Source of the DNA: Candidatus Humicultor tengchongensis
Lineage (GTDB): Bacteria > Sysuimicrobiota > Sysuimicrobiia > Sysuimicrobiales > Humicultoraceae
Assembly (NCBI GenBank): GCA_031459715.1
Contig: JAVKIA010000002.1
Location: 596 to 64,595, forward strand
Length of the DNA stretch: 64,000 nt
Direction of reading: 5' to 3'
The translations under genes and the position numbers were made by a program. The notes beneath the pieces were generated by a model. It ran no database searches. It was not told the origin of the DNA and saw only the letters and a list, made by a program, of their open reading frames with translations. This document shows, in pieces, positions 8,437 through 17,187 of this stretch (positions are counted from its first letter, which is position 1; every line of letters begins with the position of its first letter).

Positions 8437-10206
8437 ATGACAGCCCTGATGCTGGTGGTGGCGATCATCGCCGTCTGGATCGGCTACCGGGCCTACTCAG
8501 CCCGGATGGACCGGTACGTGCTCCAGGCGGATCCCAACCGTGCGACGCCGGCCAAGCTCTACCAGGACGGCGTGGACTTCATGCCGGCCTCTGGTAGCGT
8601 GCTCTACGGCTACCAGTTCAAGTCGATTGCCGCGTTGGGGCCCATCGTTGGCCCGATCGTCGCCGCCCAGTGGGGGTGGCTCCCCGCCCTGCTCTGGTTG
8701 ATCCTGGGCGTTCTCTTCATCGGGTGGGTCCAGGACTACACCACATCGATGATGGCCATGCGCTCCGAGGGCATGACCATGGGCGGCCTGAGCTACAAGC
8801 TGGTCTCTCCCCGGGCCCGCAGCATTCTCCTTTCCTTCCTGTATTTCTACCTGCTGCTGATCATGGGCGCGTTCGGCGCCATCGTAGCCGGGCTGCTGGC
8901 CAACCCCAAGGTGCCCATCGGGTTCATCATCGTCACCCTGGCCGGGGTCCTGGCCGGGCACATGACCTACCGGCTGAAGCGCGACCTAGTCAGCACCACC
9001 ATCATTACCGTGATCATCGCCTTCATCGGCGTCTACCTGGGACAGACCGGGGCCCTCAGCCGCATCACGGAATGGTTCAATGGCCTGGTGGGATACACCA
9101 CCACCGTGGCGGACAAAGAGGTCAGGAACGTCCTCTACATGACCCCCTACGGTCCCATGACCTGGCCGGTGTGGATCTGGGGCATCCTGGCGCTGGTCTT
9201 CTGCTACCTGGGCTCAGTCCTGCCCATCTGGCGGTTCGCCCAGCCCGTCAACTACGTCTCCTTCTGGCTGGTGATCGCTGGCATCATCGGGGCCATCATC
9301 GGCATCTTCATCACCCGGCCGGGCTTTGCGGACTTCCCCGCCTTCACCGGCTTCTACGCGGTAGGCGTACTGGCGCCCGGCGTTGCCACCCCGCTGTGGC
9401 CCATCATCTTCGTCACCATCGCCTGCGGGGCCATCTCCGGCTGGCACAGTCTGGTGACCACCTCCGGGACCTCGCGGCAACTGGAGCGGGAGACCGACAC
9501 GCTTCCGGTGACCGCCGGGGCCATGTACACTGAGGCGATCCTGGCCGTCCTGTCCCTGACCTTCGCCGTGGCCGGGTTTGGTGGTTTCGCCGGCTACAAG
9601 GAGGCGCTGGCCCGGGGCGGCGGGGCGGTCTTTGCCGGAGGGATGGCCAAGTTCCTCAACGTGCTGGGTGTGCCCACGGACTTCGGAGCGGCCTTCGGCT
9701 CCATCTTCCTGGTGATTATGGCCCTGACGGTGATGCAGCTGGTCCTGCGCTTCATGCGCATCGCCAGCGCCGAGCTCCTGGGCGACCGGGTGCCCGCCTT
9801 CCGCAACCCGCACTTCGGCTCCGTCATCGCCATCCTGTTCACCCTGCTGATCCTGTGGACCGGGTTCTGGGCGCGCATCTGGATCCTGTTCGGTGGGTCC
9901 AACCAGCTCTTCGCCGGCCTGGCCCTGATGCTGGTCTCCATCTGGCTGGCCAACCAGGGGAAGACGTACCGGTGGGTGGCCTACCCGGCCGTCTTCATGT
10001 ACGTGACCACGGTGGCCGCCCTGCTGGTCACCGGGTGGGTCAGCCTGCAGGCGGCGCTCAAGCCCGGCCTGGCGGCGCCCTTTGTCTTCGGCAACCTGGT
10101 GGCGGCGGCCATCGCCTTCGCGCTGGTGGTCCTGGCGGTGATCCTGGCCGTTGACGGCCTGCGGTCGTTCCAGCGGGCGCGGCTGCAGCCCGCTGCGGCG
10201 ACCTAG
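8437..10206 (+). CDS. cstA: carbon starvation protein A (peptide/pyruvate transporter family)
   Basis: YQFKSIAALGPIVGPIVAAQWGWLPALLWLILGVLFIGWVQDY aligns with the CstA N-terminal region. Multi-TM. ATG at 8437 after GGAGGTGATGAT. Confidence 0.9.
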   Translation: MTALMLVVAIIAVWIGYRAYSARMDRYVLQADPNRATPAKLYQDGVDFMPASGSVLYGYQFKSIAALGPIVGPIVAAQWGWLPALLWLILGVLFIGWVQDYTTSMMAMRSEGMTMGGLSYKLVSPRARSILLSFLYFYLLLIMGAFGAIVAGLLANPKVPIGFIIVTLAGVLAGHMTYRLKRDLVSTTIITVIIAFIGVYLGQTGALSRITEWFNGLVGYTTTVADKEVRNVLYMTPYGPMTWPVWIWGILALVFCYLGSVLPIWRFAQPVNYVSFWLVIAGIIGAIIGIFITRPGFADFPAFTGFYAVGVLAPGVATPLWPIIFVTIACGAISGWHSLVTTSGTSRQLERETDTLPVTAGAMYTEAILAVLSLTFAVAGFGGFAGYKEALARGGGAVFAGGMAKFLNVLGVPTDFGAAFGSIFLVIMALTVMQLVLRFMRIASAELLGDRVPAFRNPHFGSVIAILFTLLILWTGFWARIWILFGGSNQLFAGLALMLVSIWLANQGKTYRWVAYPAVFMYVTTVAALLVTGWVSLQAALKPGLAAPFVFGNLVAAAIAFALVVLAVILAVDGLRSFQRARLQPAAAT

Positions 10207-10218
10207 TATAGTAGCAGT

Positions 10219-10245
10219 GGGGGAGGGGTGGCCCGCCCCTCCCCC
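10219..10245 (+). terminator. perfect 10-bp G/C hairpin (GGGGGAGGGG-TGGCCCG-CCCCTCCCCC) downstream of cstA; putative intrinsic terminator without a U-tract
   Basis: Read directly from the sequence, 13 nt after the cstA stop. High-GC organisms often lack U-tracts. Confidence 0.4.
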
Positions 10246-10260
10246 GCAGGAGGGATGCGG

Positions 10261-10671
10261 ATGCCCACCCTCGAGGTGGTTACACCCACGCTGACGTACT
10301 TCTTCCACTGCGCCCACTGCGAGACGGCCCTGAGCGTGGCGGGGGTGGGGCAGGTGGTGCACGACCAGGAGATCAACGAGTACCCGGAGGACCTCAAGGA
10401 GCAGTACCTGCAGCTTTGCGATTGGATCCGTGCCCTAGCCGCCCGGCATGCGGGGAGGCTGCGGGTGCGCATCGTGGACGCGTACTCCCCCCGGGGTTTG
10501 TGGATGGCCCTGCGCCACCGCGCCCGCACCTTTCCCCTCTTCGTCCTGGACGGCCGGCGCATCGCCGCCGGGGCCGACCTGGCCAGTGTGGCGGCGTTGC
10601 TGCGGGAGCGGTTCGTCCCCCAGGCGGGAGAGCCGCACGCGGGCGCGCCGCCGGAGGTGAAGAATGCCTGA
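10261..10671 (+). CDS. ArsD-like thioredoxin-fold protein (putative metallochaperone) with a His/Cys motif
   Basis: TYFFHCAHCETALSVAGVG aligns with the ArsD N-terminus (MVFDPAMCCSTGVCG). FPLFVLDGRRIAAG aligns with ArsD LPLLLLDGETVMAG. ATG 10261 after AGGAGGG. Similarity judged by eye. Confidence 0.4.
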   Translation: MPTLEVVTPTLTYFFHCAHCETALSVAGVGQVVHDQEINEYPEDLKEQYLQLCDWIRALAARHAGRLRVRIVDAYSPRGLWMALRHRARTFPLFVLDGRRIAAGADLASVAALLRERFVPQAGEPHAGAPPEVKNA

Positions 10672-10939
10672 AGAGAAGCGGTCCTTCCTCTCGGCCTTCC
10701 GCCGCCAGCTTAAAGATTTCGTCTACGGGATGGCGGCGCACGAGATGACCCGCCACGCCCTGAAGACCCGCGGCAGCATGGAGCACCTTTTCATCCTCAT
10801 CACCATGGGCGACCTGCTGGGCGTGCCCATCCTGCCGCCGTACTACTCGCTGCGCCTGCTGCCCTACGTCGTGCCGCAGATCTCCACCTGGAAGCGGAGC
10901 ATGCTGCGGGAGCGAGACCTGACGGATGCTCTCTCCTGA
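10664..10939 (+). CDS. hypothetical protein (91 aa) translationally coupled inside the ArsA-like module
   Basis: ATG overlaps the upstream stop by 8 nt. No domain recognised (HLFILITMGDLLGVPILPPYYSLRLLPYVVPQIS). Confidence 0.4.
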   Translation: MPEEKRSFLSAFRRQLKDFVYGMAAHEMTRHALKTRGSMEHLFILITMGDLLGVPILPPYYSLRLLPYVVPQISTWKRSMLRERDLTDALS

Positions 10940-11948
10940 ACCCGCGGGCCCCGCCCCCCTGGCCCGCTTCTTCCAGGACTTCCCGCAGCGCCGCTACATC
11001 ATGTTTGGGGGCAAGGGCGGTCTGGGGAAGACGACCTTCTCCGCGGCCACCGCCTACTACCTGGCCCGCCGCGGCCATAAGGTCCTGGTCTTTTCCGTCG
11101 ACCCCCAGGCCTCCCTCTCTGACATCTTCCAGCAGGACATCTACGGCCGGGGCCCCGTGGAGATCATCCCCGGCCTCTTTGCCCAGGAGATCGACGCTGA
11201 CCGGCACATCAAGGAGTACCAGGACCAGATCCGCCGCAAGATCCTGGAGATGTACGGCTTTGACCGCGTGCCCGAGGAGATCGAGCACTACATCGCTGCG
11301 GCCTCAGCGGAGCCGGCCATGGAGGAGAGCGCTATCTTCGACCAGGTGGTGGACATCGTCGTGGCCGGTCAGTACGACTACTTCATCTACGACCTGGTCC
11401 CGCTGGGCCACGCCCTTTACTACCTGAGCATGGCCAGCGTCTACGACGAGTGGATCGAACGCATCACCCGGCTGCGCCAGGAGATGCAGCAGTATGCGGA
11501 GATGGCTGCCCGCTTCAAGGGGGAGCAGTTGCAGGAGGACCTGATCCTTCAGGAGTTGCAGGACATCCGGCAGCGCATCACCACCAGCAGCCGCATCCTC
11601 ACCGACCAGGCCAGAACGGCGTTCTTCTTCGTCATCATCCCCGAGGAGATGGTCCTGCTGGACACGCAGAAGGCGGCGCAGCTCTTCTCCCGCTTCCAGG
11701 TCCCCATCAGCGGGTACATCGTCAACCGCGTCCTGCCCGAGGCCCTGGCCAAGGAGCAGATTCCCGACTATCTGCAGCACCGGCTCCAAATGCAGCAGGG
11801 CTACCTGCACAAGATCAGCGACCTCTTTGGCGGGCAGGTGCTGGCCTGGATTCCTGAGTTCGAGCGGGACGTCACCGGGCTGGAGATGATCGCGCGCATG
11901 GCCGAGGCCATGTTTGGGGGAGACGGGGGTGAGCCTGCAGACCGCTAG
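10926..11948 (+). CDS. ArsA/Get3-family P-loop ATPase, cysteine-free
   Basis: Deviant Walker A FGGKGGLGKTT. DLVPLGHALYYL matches the ArsA DTAPTGH-like signature position. 340 aa with no Cys residue at all. Confidence 0.8.
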   Translation: MLSPEPAGPAPLARFFQDFPQRRYIMFGGKGGLGKTTFSAATAYYLARRGHKVLVFSVDPQASLSDIFQQDIYGRGPVEIIPGLFAQEIDADRHIKEYQDQIRRKILEMYGFDRVPEEIEHYIAAASAEPAMEESAIFDQVVDIVVAGQYDYFIYDLVPLGHALYYLSMASVYDEWIERITRLRQEMQQYAEMAARFKGEQLQEDLILQELQDIRQRITTSSRILTDQARTAFFFVIIPEEMVLLDTQKAAQLFSRFQVPISGYIVNRVLPEALAKEQIPDYLQHRLQMQQGYLHKISDLFGGQVLAWIPEFERDVTGLEMIARMAEAMFGGDGGEPADR

Positions 11949-12954
11949 CGCCACCTGGGAGGACCTGGTGGAGGAACCGCTCTCTGCCGTCATCGAGGCC
12001 CGCCCCACCCTGAAGTACCTCTTCTTTGGCGGCAAGGGCGGGGTGGGCAAGACGGTGCTGGCCGGAGCGGCGGCCCTGGGACTGGCCCGGCGGGGGCGGC
12101 GCGTCCTGCTGGTCTCCACCAACCCGGTACACAGCCTCAGCGGGCTGCTGGACCAGGACGTCTTCGGCCGGGTCACCCCGGTGCGGGGAGGGGAGGGGTT
12201 GTGCGCACTGGAGATCGACACCCGGGAGACCATCGAGCGGTCCAAGCGGGAGATCAAGGAGAAGATCGACTGGTTCCTCAAGTACGCCGAGATCCGCACC
12301 CGGGCCGACGCCTTCGTGGAGTCCGCCACCATGAACCCGGCCTTCGAGGAATCGGCCATGTTTGAGAGCATGATTGACGTGATCTTCCGCGGCGAGTACG
12401 AGGTCTACGTCTTTGACACCGCCCCCACGGCCAACGCCCGCAGGCTGCTGGGGATGTCCGCCGTCTACTCCATGTGGGTGCAGAAGATGGTGCAGAGCCG
12501 GGAAGAGGCCCGTTCCCTGCGGCGGCTCCTCTCGTACAGCAAGCAGGAGGAGGCCGACCCGCTGCTGGACTACCTGCTGCACTTCCGCGACCGCATCGCT
12601 GCCGCCAAGCGGCTGCTCACCGACACAGGTCTGACAGCCTTCTTCTTCGTCACCCTGCCCGAGGCACTGCCCATCGCCGTGGTGCGCCGCTTCATCTCCT
12701 GGTTCCAGGACTTCGGTATCCCCATCGGCGGCGTCATCGTCAACGGCGTGATCGACCGGGCCATGGTCCCCGACACCGCTCCCCCCTTCGTCCTCAACCG
12801 CATCGCCGCCCAGGAGACCTACCGGGAGGAGATCAGGCGGACCTTCCCCGGCATGGTCCGCGCCGTCATCCCCCTCTTCGAGACCGAGGTGCGCGGCGTG
12901 CCCATGCTGGAGCGGGTGGCCCGCGTGCTCTTCGCCCCGGGTGCGGGCCCATGA
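11914..12954 (+). CDS. ArsA/Get3-family P-loop ATPase, second paralog
   Basis: FFGGKGGVGKT Walker A. FDTAPTANARRLL is a signature variant lacking the His. Single Cys. Overlaps the first ATPase gene. Confidence 0.8.
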   Translation: MGETGVSLQTASATWEDLVEEPLSAVIEARPTLKYLFFGGKGGVGKTVLAGAAALGLARRGRRVLLVSTNPVHSLSGLLDQDVFGRVTPVRGGEGLCALEIDTRETIERSKREIKEKIDWFLKYAEIRTRADAFVESATMNPAFEESAMFESMIDVIFRGEYEVYVFDTAPTANARRLLGMSAVYSMWVQKMVQSREEARSLRRLLSYSKQEEADPLLDYLLHFRDRIAAAKRLLTDTGLTAFFFVTLPEALPIAVVRRFISWFQDFGIPIGGVIVNGVIDRAMVPDTAPPFVLNRIAAQETYREEIRRTFPGMVRAVIPLFETEVRGVPMLERVARVLFAPGAGP

Positions 12955-13445
12955 CCATGCACCTGCTGGAGGCGTTCAACCCCATCGTCGGCCGCACGGC
13001 GTTCGTTGGACTCTTCCTCCCCGAACCCTGGCGCCTCAGCCGTGCCGTGGTCACGCCGGACGTGCAGACCACGGTGCGGGAGGGAGAGCAGCAGTGGGTG
13101 GCCTCGGGCGAGACCCGGCACGTGCTCGTCCACGGGGTGCGGCGGACGGAGCGCGCCGACCTGATGGTGCGCGTCACCCCGGGTGCTGCCCGCCGCCCCC
13201 TGGCCTCGCGAGTGGGAGCAGAGAGTGGGGCCCTCACCGTGGGCGGCCATCCCGGGGAGTTCCACCTGGGGCGGCGGCGAGACGGATGGTTCACCGCCCG
13301 GATGGTGCCCGTGGTGCGGGTACGCACCTACTGCCCGCGCACCCGGCGAACGGTCCTGCTGGAAGTCACCGGCCAGCTCCCACCCGAGGAGCTGAGGGCC
13401 CTGCTGGACGCATTCCAGCGGATAGCGTGCCACAGCGGGCCCTGA
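12951..13445 (+). CDS. hypothetical protein (164 aa) coupled to the second ArsA-like gene by an ATGA overlap
   Basis: ATG 12951 overlaps TGA 12952-12954. No domain recognised. Confidence 0.5.
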   Translation: MTMHLLEAFNPIVGRTAFVGLFLPEPWRLSRAVVTPDVQTTVREGEQQWVASGETRHVLVHGVRRTERADLMVRVTPGAARRPLASRVGAESGALTVGGHPGEFHLGRRRDGWFTARMVPVVRVRTYCPRTRRTVLLEVTGQLPPEELRALLDAFQRIACHSGP

Positions 13446-13503
13446 GGGCTGAAGCGAGGTTCGGGCGGCGCTCCGGCGGCTCCACCGCTGCACGAGGCTA
13501 GCG

Positions 13504-14886
13504 ATGCACTACCCCTGGTGGCACGTCCCCTTCCTCACGGCGCCGATGCTCATCGCCATTGTCGCGGTCCTCCACGTCCTGGTGGCGCACTACGCCGTGG
13601 GCGGGGGGCTCTTCCTGGCCGCGGAGACCACCTACGCCTACCGCAGCCACAACCTCCGCTACCTGGACTACCTGCGGCAGCACGCCTGGTTCTTCATCCT
13701 GCTGACCGTGGTCTACGGGGCCATCACCGGAGCGGGCATCTGGTGGACCATCGGCCTGGCCTCCCCCCTGGCCACGGAGAGCCTGATCCACATCTTCGTC
13801 TTCGGCTGGGCCATGGAGTACGTCTTCTTCGTCCTGGAGATTGTCTCGGCGTTCATTTTCTACTACTTCTGGGGGCGGCTGCCGACCCGGACGCACCAGA
13901 CAACAGGCTGGATCTACGCCGTCTCGGCCTGGATCAGCCTGGTACTGATCACCGGCATCACCGGCTTCATGCTCAACCCGGGCGCCTGGCCGCAACGGCA
14001 GAGCTTCTGGGTGGGGTTCTTCAACCCGCAGTTCCTCCCTCAAGTCGCCGCCCGCACGGGCGGCGCCTTCCTCCTGGCGGCGCTCTACGTCTACCTGCAC
14101 GCGGCCTTCAAGGTCAAAGACCCTGCACTGCTGCGCCTGATCGAGCAGCGCTCCGCCCGGCCGGCGCTGCTGGGCAGCATCCTGGTCATTTTGGGCGGGG
14201 CGGGCTGGTACCTCTTCCTGCCGGCCTCGGCGCGCGCGGCGCTGGCCGCGGCCAGCGTCCTCAACGTCCTGATGGTGTGGCTCTTCGCCATCACCGTGGC
14301 GGTCTTCGCCATGCTCTACCTGGGCCCGTACCGCCACCCCGGCTGGCTCTCTCCCGGGTTCGCCCTCCTCTTCCTCGGCCTGGGTCTGGCCGCGGTGACC
14401 ACGGGCGAGTACGTCCGCGAGGCGGTGCGCAAGCCGTTCATTATCTACAACCTGGTCCTGGGCAACCAGATCCTTCCCGCCCAGATGCCCCGGCTGCGGG
14501 CGGCGGGCATCCTGCAGGAGGGGGTCTGGCCCCGCGCCTTCGTGGCCACCCACTACCCGCACCTGCTGCGCCAGGGTCGGGTGGACCAGAAAGGACTGCT
14601 GGGGTTGCCCCAGGCTGACCAGGTACTGCTGGGAGAGGTCCTCTTCATGCACGCCTGCAACGACTGCCACACCTCCAGCTCCGGCTTCTCCGCGCTGCGC
14701 AACCTGATGCGCGGGTGGACCCCGGAGATGGTGCGGACTGTCACCGAGCATCCGGAGCGGGTGCACTTCTTCATGCCGCCATGGACCGGCACAAAGGCCG
14801 AATCCCGCCTGCTGGAGCAGTACCTGCGGACGCTGGTGCTGCCCTCCCCTGTGGAACTGCCTGAGCCGATGGGAGGCCGGCGGTGA
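13504..14886 (+). CDS. cytochrome bd (CydA)-like membrane oxidoreductase subunit with C-terminal monoheme cytochrome c domain
   Basis: Multi-TM. AVLHVLVAHYAVGGGLFLAAE (compare the CydA His19 region). WAMEYVFFVLEIVSAFIFYY (compare CydA ALEGLMAFFLESTFVGLFFF with two conserved Glu). C-terminal CNDCH heme c motif. Assignment by eye. Confidence 0.5.
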   Translation: MHYPWWHVPFLTAPMLIAIVAVLHVLVAHYAVGGGLFLAAETTYAYRSHNLRYLDYLRQHAWFFILLTVVYGAITGAGIWWTIGLASPLATESLIHIFVFGWAMEYVFFVLEIVSAFIFYYFWGRLPTRTHQTTGWIYAVSAWISLVLITGITGFMLNPGAWPQRQSFWVGFFNPQFLPQVAARTGGAFLLAALYVYLHAAFKVKDPALLRLIEQRSARPALLGSILVILGGAGWYLFLPASARAALAAASVLNVLMVWLFAITVAVFAMLYLGPYRHPGWLSPGFALLFLGLGLAAVTTGEYVREAVRKPFIIYNLVLGNQILPAQMPRLRAAGILQEGVWPRAFVATHYPHLLRQGRVDQKGLLGLPQADQVLLGEVLFMHACNDCHTSSSGFSALRNLMRGWTPEMVRTVTEHPERVHFFMPPWTGTKAESRLLEQYLRTLVLPSPVELPEPMGGRR

Positions 14887-16004
14887 ATCCCGCCGACCTG
14901 GTCGCCCCGGCCAGCCCCCTGGGGTTCCCCGCCCCCTACTGGTTCCTGGTCCTGCTCAAGGTGGCGGGCTTCACCTTGCACATGGGGCCGATGCACCTGT
15001 GGACCGCCGGGCTGCTGGTGGCCCTGCTGTTGACCCGCCGCCCCGATGCGCACGCCCGGCTGCTGGGGGAGCGGCTGATCGCTCAGCTTCCCGTGGTAAT
15101 CGCCCTGGGGATCAACTTCGGCATCGTCCCTCTGCTGTTTCTCCAGGTGGCCTACTACCGCGTCTTCTATCCGGCCACGGTGCTGGCAGCCTGGTCCTGG
15201 TTCGCTGTCATCCCTCTGCTGGTGCTGGCCTATTATGGCGTCTACCTGTGCGCGGGGGACCTGCGGCAGGCGCGGTCGGGCGGCCTGCGCCGTCTGGTCG
15301 GCTGGGTGGCTGCGGCGGCCTTCCTGGCCATCGGCCTGGCGTTCGTCAACGGGATGACGCTCATGACGCGGCTGGAGGCCTGGCCCGACCTGTGGCGGGC
15401 CACCAGCCGGGCCGGCGCACCTCTGGGAACCGCCCTCAACCTCTCCGACCCCAGGCTGCTGCCGCGCGGGCTGATGATGCTGGCCCTGGCGCTTGTTACC
15501 ACGGCCGCCTACGCAGTGGTGGACGCGGGGCTCTTCGCCCGCGGTCTCCCGGCGGCCTACCGCCGCTGGGTGGCCGGCTTCGCCCTGCGCCTGGCTACCA
15601 TTGGGGTGGTAGGGTTCGCCATTTTCGGATCCTGGTACGCCTTCGCCACCTGGTCGGCGGAGGCGCGAGGGGTGATGCTGGGCCGGCTGGCCCCGCTCAC
15701 CGCGGCCACCGCCGCCGCGCCGGCCCTTCCCTGGCTGCTCATCGCCAGGCAGCGCCGCGGCCCCACCCCGGGCGCGGCTCTGGCCACCGGGCTGGCACAG
15801 CTTGGTGTCCTCGCCCTGAACGCCACCAGCCGGCAGGTGGTGCAGAACCTGGAGCTGGCCCGCTTCCTGGATGTGGCCGCCGAGCCGGTGCGGACCCAGT
15901 GGAGCCCGCTGGTCGTCTTCCTGCTCCTCCTGGCCGGCGGCATGGGGGTGATCCTGTGGATGGTGGGCAGGGCCAGGAGCATCCTGCGCCCGGTACCTCA
16001 CTGA
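14883..16004 (+). CDS. polytopic membrane protein, probable partner subunit (CydB/CydA'-like) of the bd-like oxidoreductase
   Basis: GTG 14883 overlaps TGA 14884-14886. About 9 hydrophobic helices. No other motif. Confidence 0.5.
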   Translation: MNPADLVAPASPLGFPAPYWFLVLLKVAGFTLHMGPMHLWTAGLLVALLLTRRPDAHARLLGERLIAQLPVVIALGINFGIVPLLFLQVAYYRVFYPATVLAAWSWFAVIPLLVLAYYGVYLCAGDLRQARSGGLRRLVGWVAAAAFLAIGLAFVNGMTLMTRLEAWPDLWRATSRAGAPLGTALNLSDPRLLPRGLMMLALALVTTAAYAVVDAGLFARGLPAAYRRWVAGFALRLATIGVVGFAIFGSWYAFATWSAEARGVMLGRLAPLTAATAAAPALPWLLIARQRRGPTPGAALATGLAQLGVLALNATSRQVVQNLELARFLDVAAEPVRTQWSPLVVFLLLLAGGMGVILWMVGRARSILRPVPH

Positions 16005-16375
16005 TCGTCTACCGACCGATCGGGTATGTGGAGAACGCCTTTGACCAGCCCGTGGCCCCGGAAGTCCTCCTGGCCGCCACATCCCGCATCGTCCTCGACC
16101 CGGCGCTGGTCGAAGGGCTGGCGGGTATCGAGCCAGGGCAGCGGCTCATGGTCGTCTTCCACTTCCACCGCGCGGGCGGATACAAGCTGCAGCAGCACCC
16201 GCGGGGGGACCCCGGCCGGCCGCGCCAAGGTGTCTTCACCCTGCGCAGCCCCCACCGTCCCAACCCCATCGGCGTGACGGTGGTTGAGGTGCTGGCTGTC
16301 CAGGGCCACATCCTCACCGTGCGCGGGCTGGACGCCATCAACGGCACCCCCGTACTGGACCTGAAGGCCGAGTAG
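16001..16375 (+). CDS. TrmO/TsaA (YaeB)-family SAM-dependent tRNA methyltransferase N-terminal domain protein; start codon noncanonical
   Basis: PIGYVENAFDQP...FTLRSPHRPNPIGVTVVEVL...GLDAINGTPVLDLK matches the TrmO fold signature. No in-frame ATG/GTG/TTG before the conserved PIGYV; CTG at 16001 overlaps the upstream TGA (CTGA). Confidence 0.55.
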   Translation: MIVYRPIGYVENAFDQPVAPEVLLAATSRIVLDPALVEGLAGIEPGQRLMVVFHFHRAGGYKLQQHPRGDPGRPRQGVFTLRSPHRPNPIGVTVVEVLAVQGHILTVRGLDAINGTPVLDLKAE

Positions 16376-16440
16376 GGAGCAAGGCCGGCGCCGGGGAATC
16401 TTTCCCGCACCTACTCCCTGGCGCGGGACGGAGGGCACCT

Positions 16441-16923
16441 GTGGAGCTGAGCAGCGTCAAGATCCAGAAGCCTGACGAGGTGAACCTGATTCTGGGGCAG
16501 GCCCACTTCATCAAGACAGTCGAGGACCTGCACGAGGCGCTGGTGGGTGCCGTGCCCGGGTTGAAGTTCGGACTGGCCTTCTGCGAGTCCTCAGGACCGG
16601 CACTGGTGCGCTGGAGCGGGACCGACCCGGAGCTGGTGGAGCTGGCCAGGCAGAACGCCTTCGCCCTGGGCGCAGGCCACTGCTTCCTCATCTTCCTGCG
16701 GGACGCCTTCCCCATCAACGTGCTGAACGCGGTCAAGCAGATCCCGGAGGTCTGCGGCATCTACTGCGCCACCGCCAACCCGGTGGAAGTCCTCCTGGCG
16801 GAGACGGAGCAGGGACGGGGCATCCTGGGGGTGATCGACGGGCTCCGCTCCCGGGGAATCGAAGGCGAATCGGAGATCGCCGACCGCAAGGCGCTGCTGC
16901 GGCGGTTCGGCTACAAGTTCTAG
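16441..16923 (+). CDS. conserved protein, possibly adenosine-specific kinase family (PF04008/COG1839-like)
   Basis: GTG start after GACGGAGGG. Motifs GLAFCESSGPALVRWSG and IYCATANPVEVLL recalled as typical of that family. Low certainty. Confidence 0.4.
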   Translation: MELSSVKIQKPDEVNLILGQAHFIKTVEDLHEALVGAVPGLKFGLAFCESSGPALVRWSGTDPELVELARQNAFALGAGHCFLIFLRDAFPINVLNAVKQIPEVCGIYCATANPVEVLLAETEQGRGILGVIDGLRSRGIEGESEIADRKALLRRFGYKF

Positions 16924-17187
16924 AAGGTGCTCTGCACAGCGACTTTACGGGGAAGAAAGCGCAAGGCGATGGGAATCAGAATGGTGGCCATGATCAGCCC
17001 GACCACCCAGTAGAACTGCTGGCGCGTCTCACTCCGCAGCCCTGTGATCTCCCCGCGCACGGCGGCGAATTCCCCCCCCAACGGCGGCGAATTCCGCGAC
17101 CATCTTGCGGCGCAGGTCGCGCAAGCCAGCTTCCAGAGCGGATAGGCGCCTTTTGATCTGCTCATAAGCCCCCGCTGGCCACGCCAT
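16920..17187 (-). other. candidate small tail-anchored membrane protein gene (coiled-coil then C-terminal TM) interrupted by a C8/G8 homopolymer frameshift and carrying a 16-bp tandem duplication
   Basis: Minus-strand ORFs 17029..17436 and 16920..17165 join through the poly-C run at 17073-17080. Predicted product MAWPAGAYEQIKRRLSALEAGLRDLRRKMVAEFAAV-GGEFAAVRGEITGLRSETRQQFYWVVGLIMATILIPIALRFL... Confidence 0.25.

Noticed and set aside
12474-12950. 323-aa ORF 12474..13445 as one gene
   Set aside because: The first 160 codons are an out-of-frame overlap of the ArsA-like gene. The ATG at 12951 in the ATGA overlap is the credible start.
17058-17095. CRISPR array or other repeat array at the 16-bp direct repeat
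   Set aside because: Only two copies with a 7-nt spacer. No further repeats are seen in the window and no cas genes.
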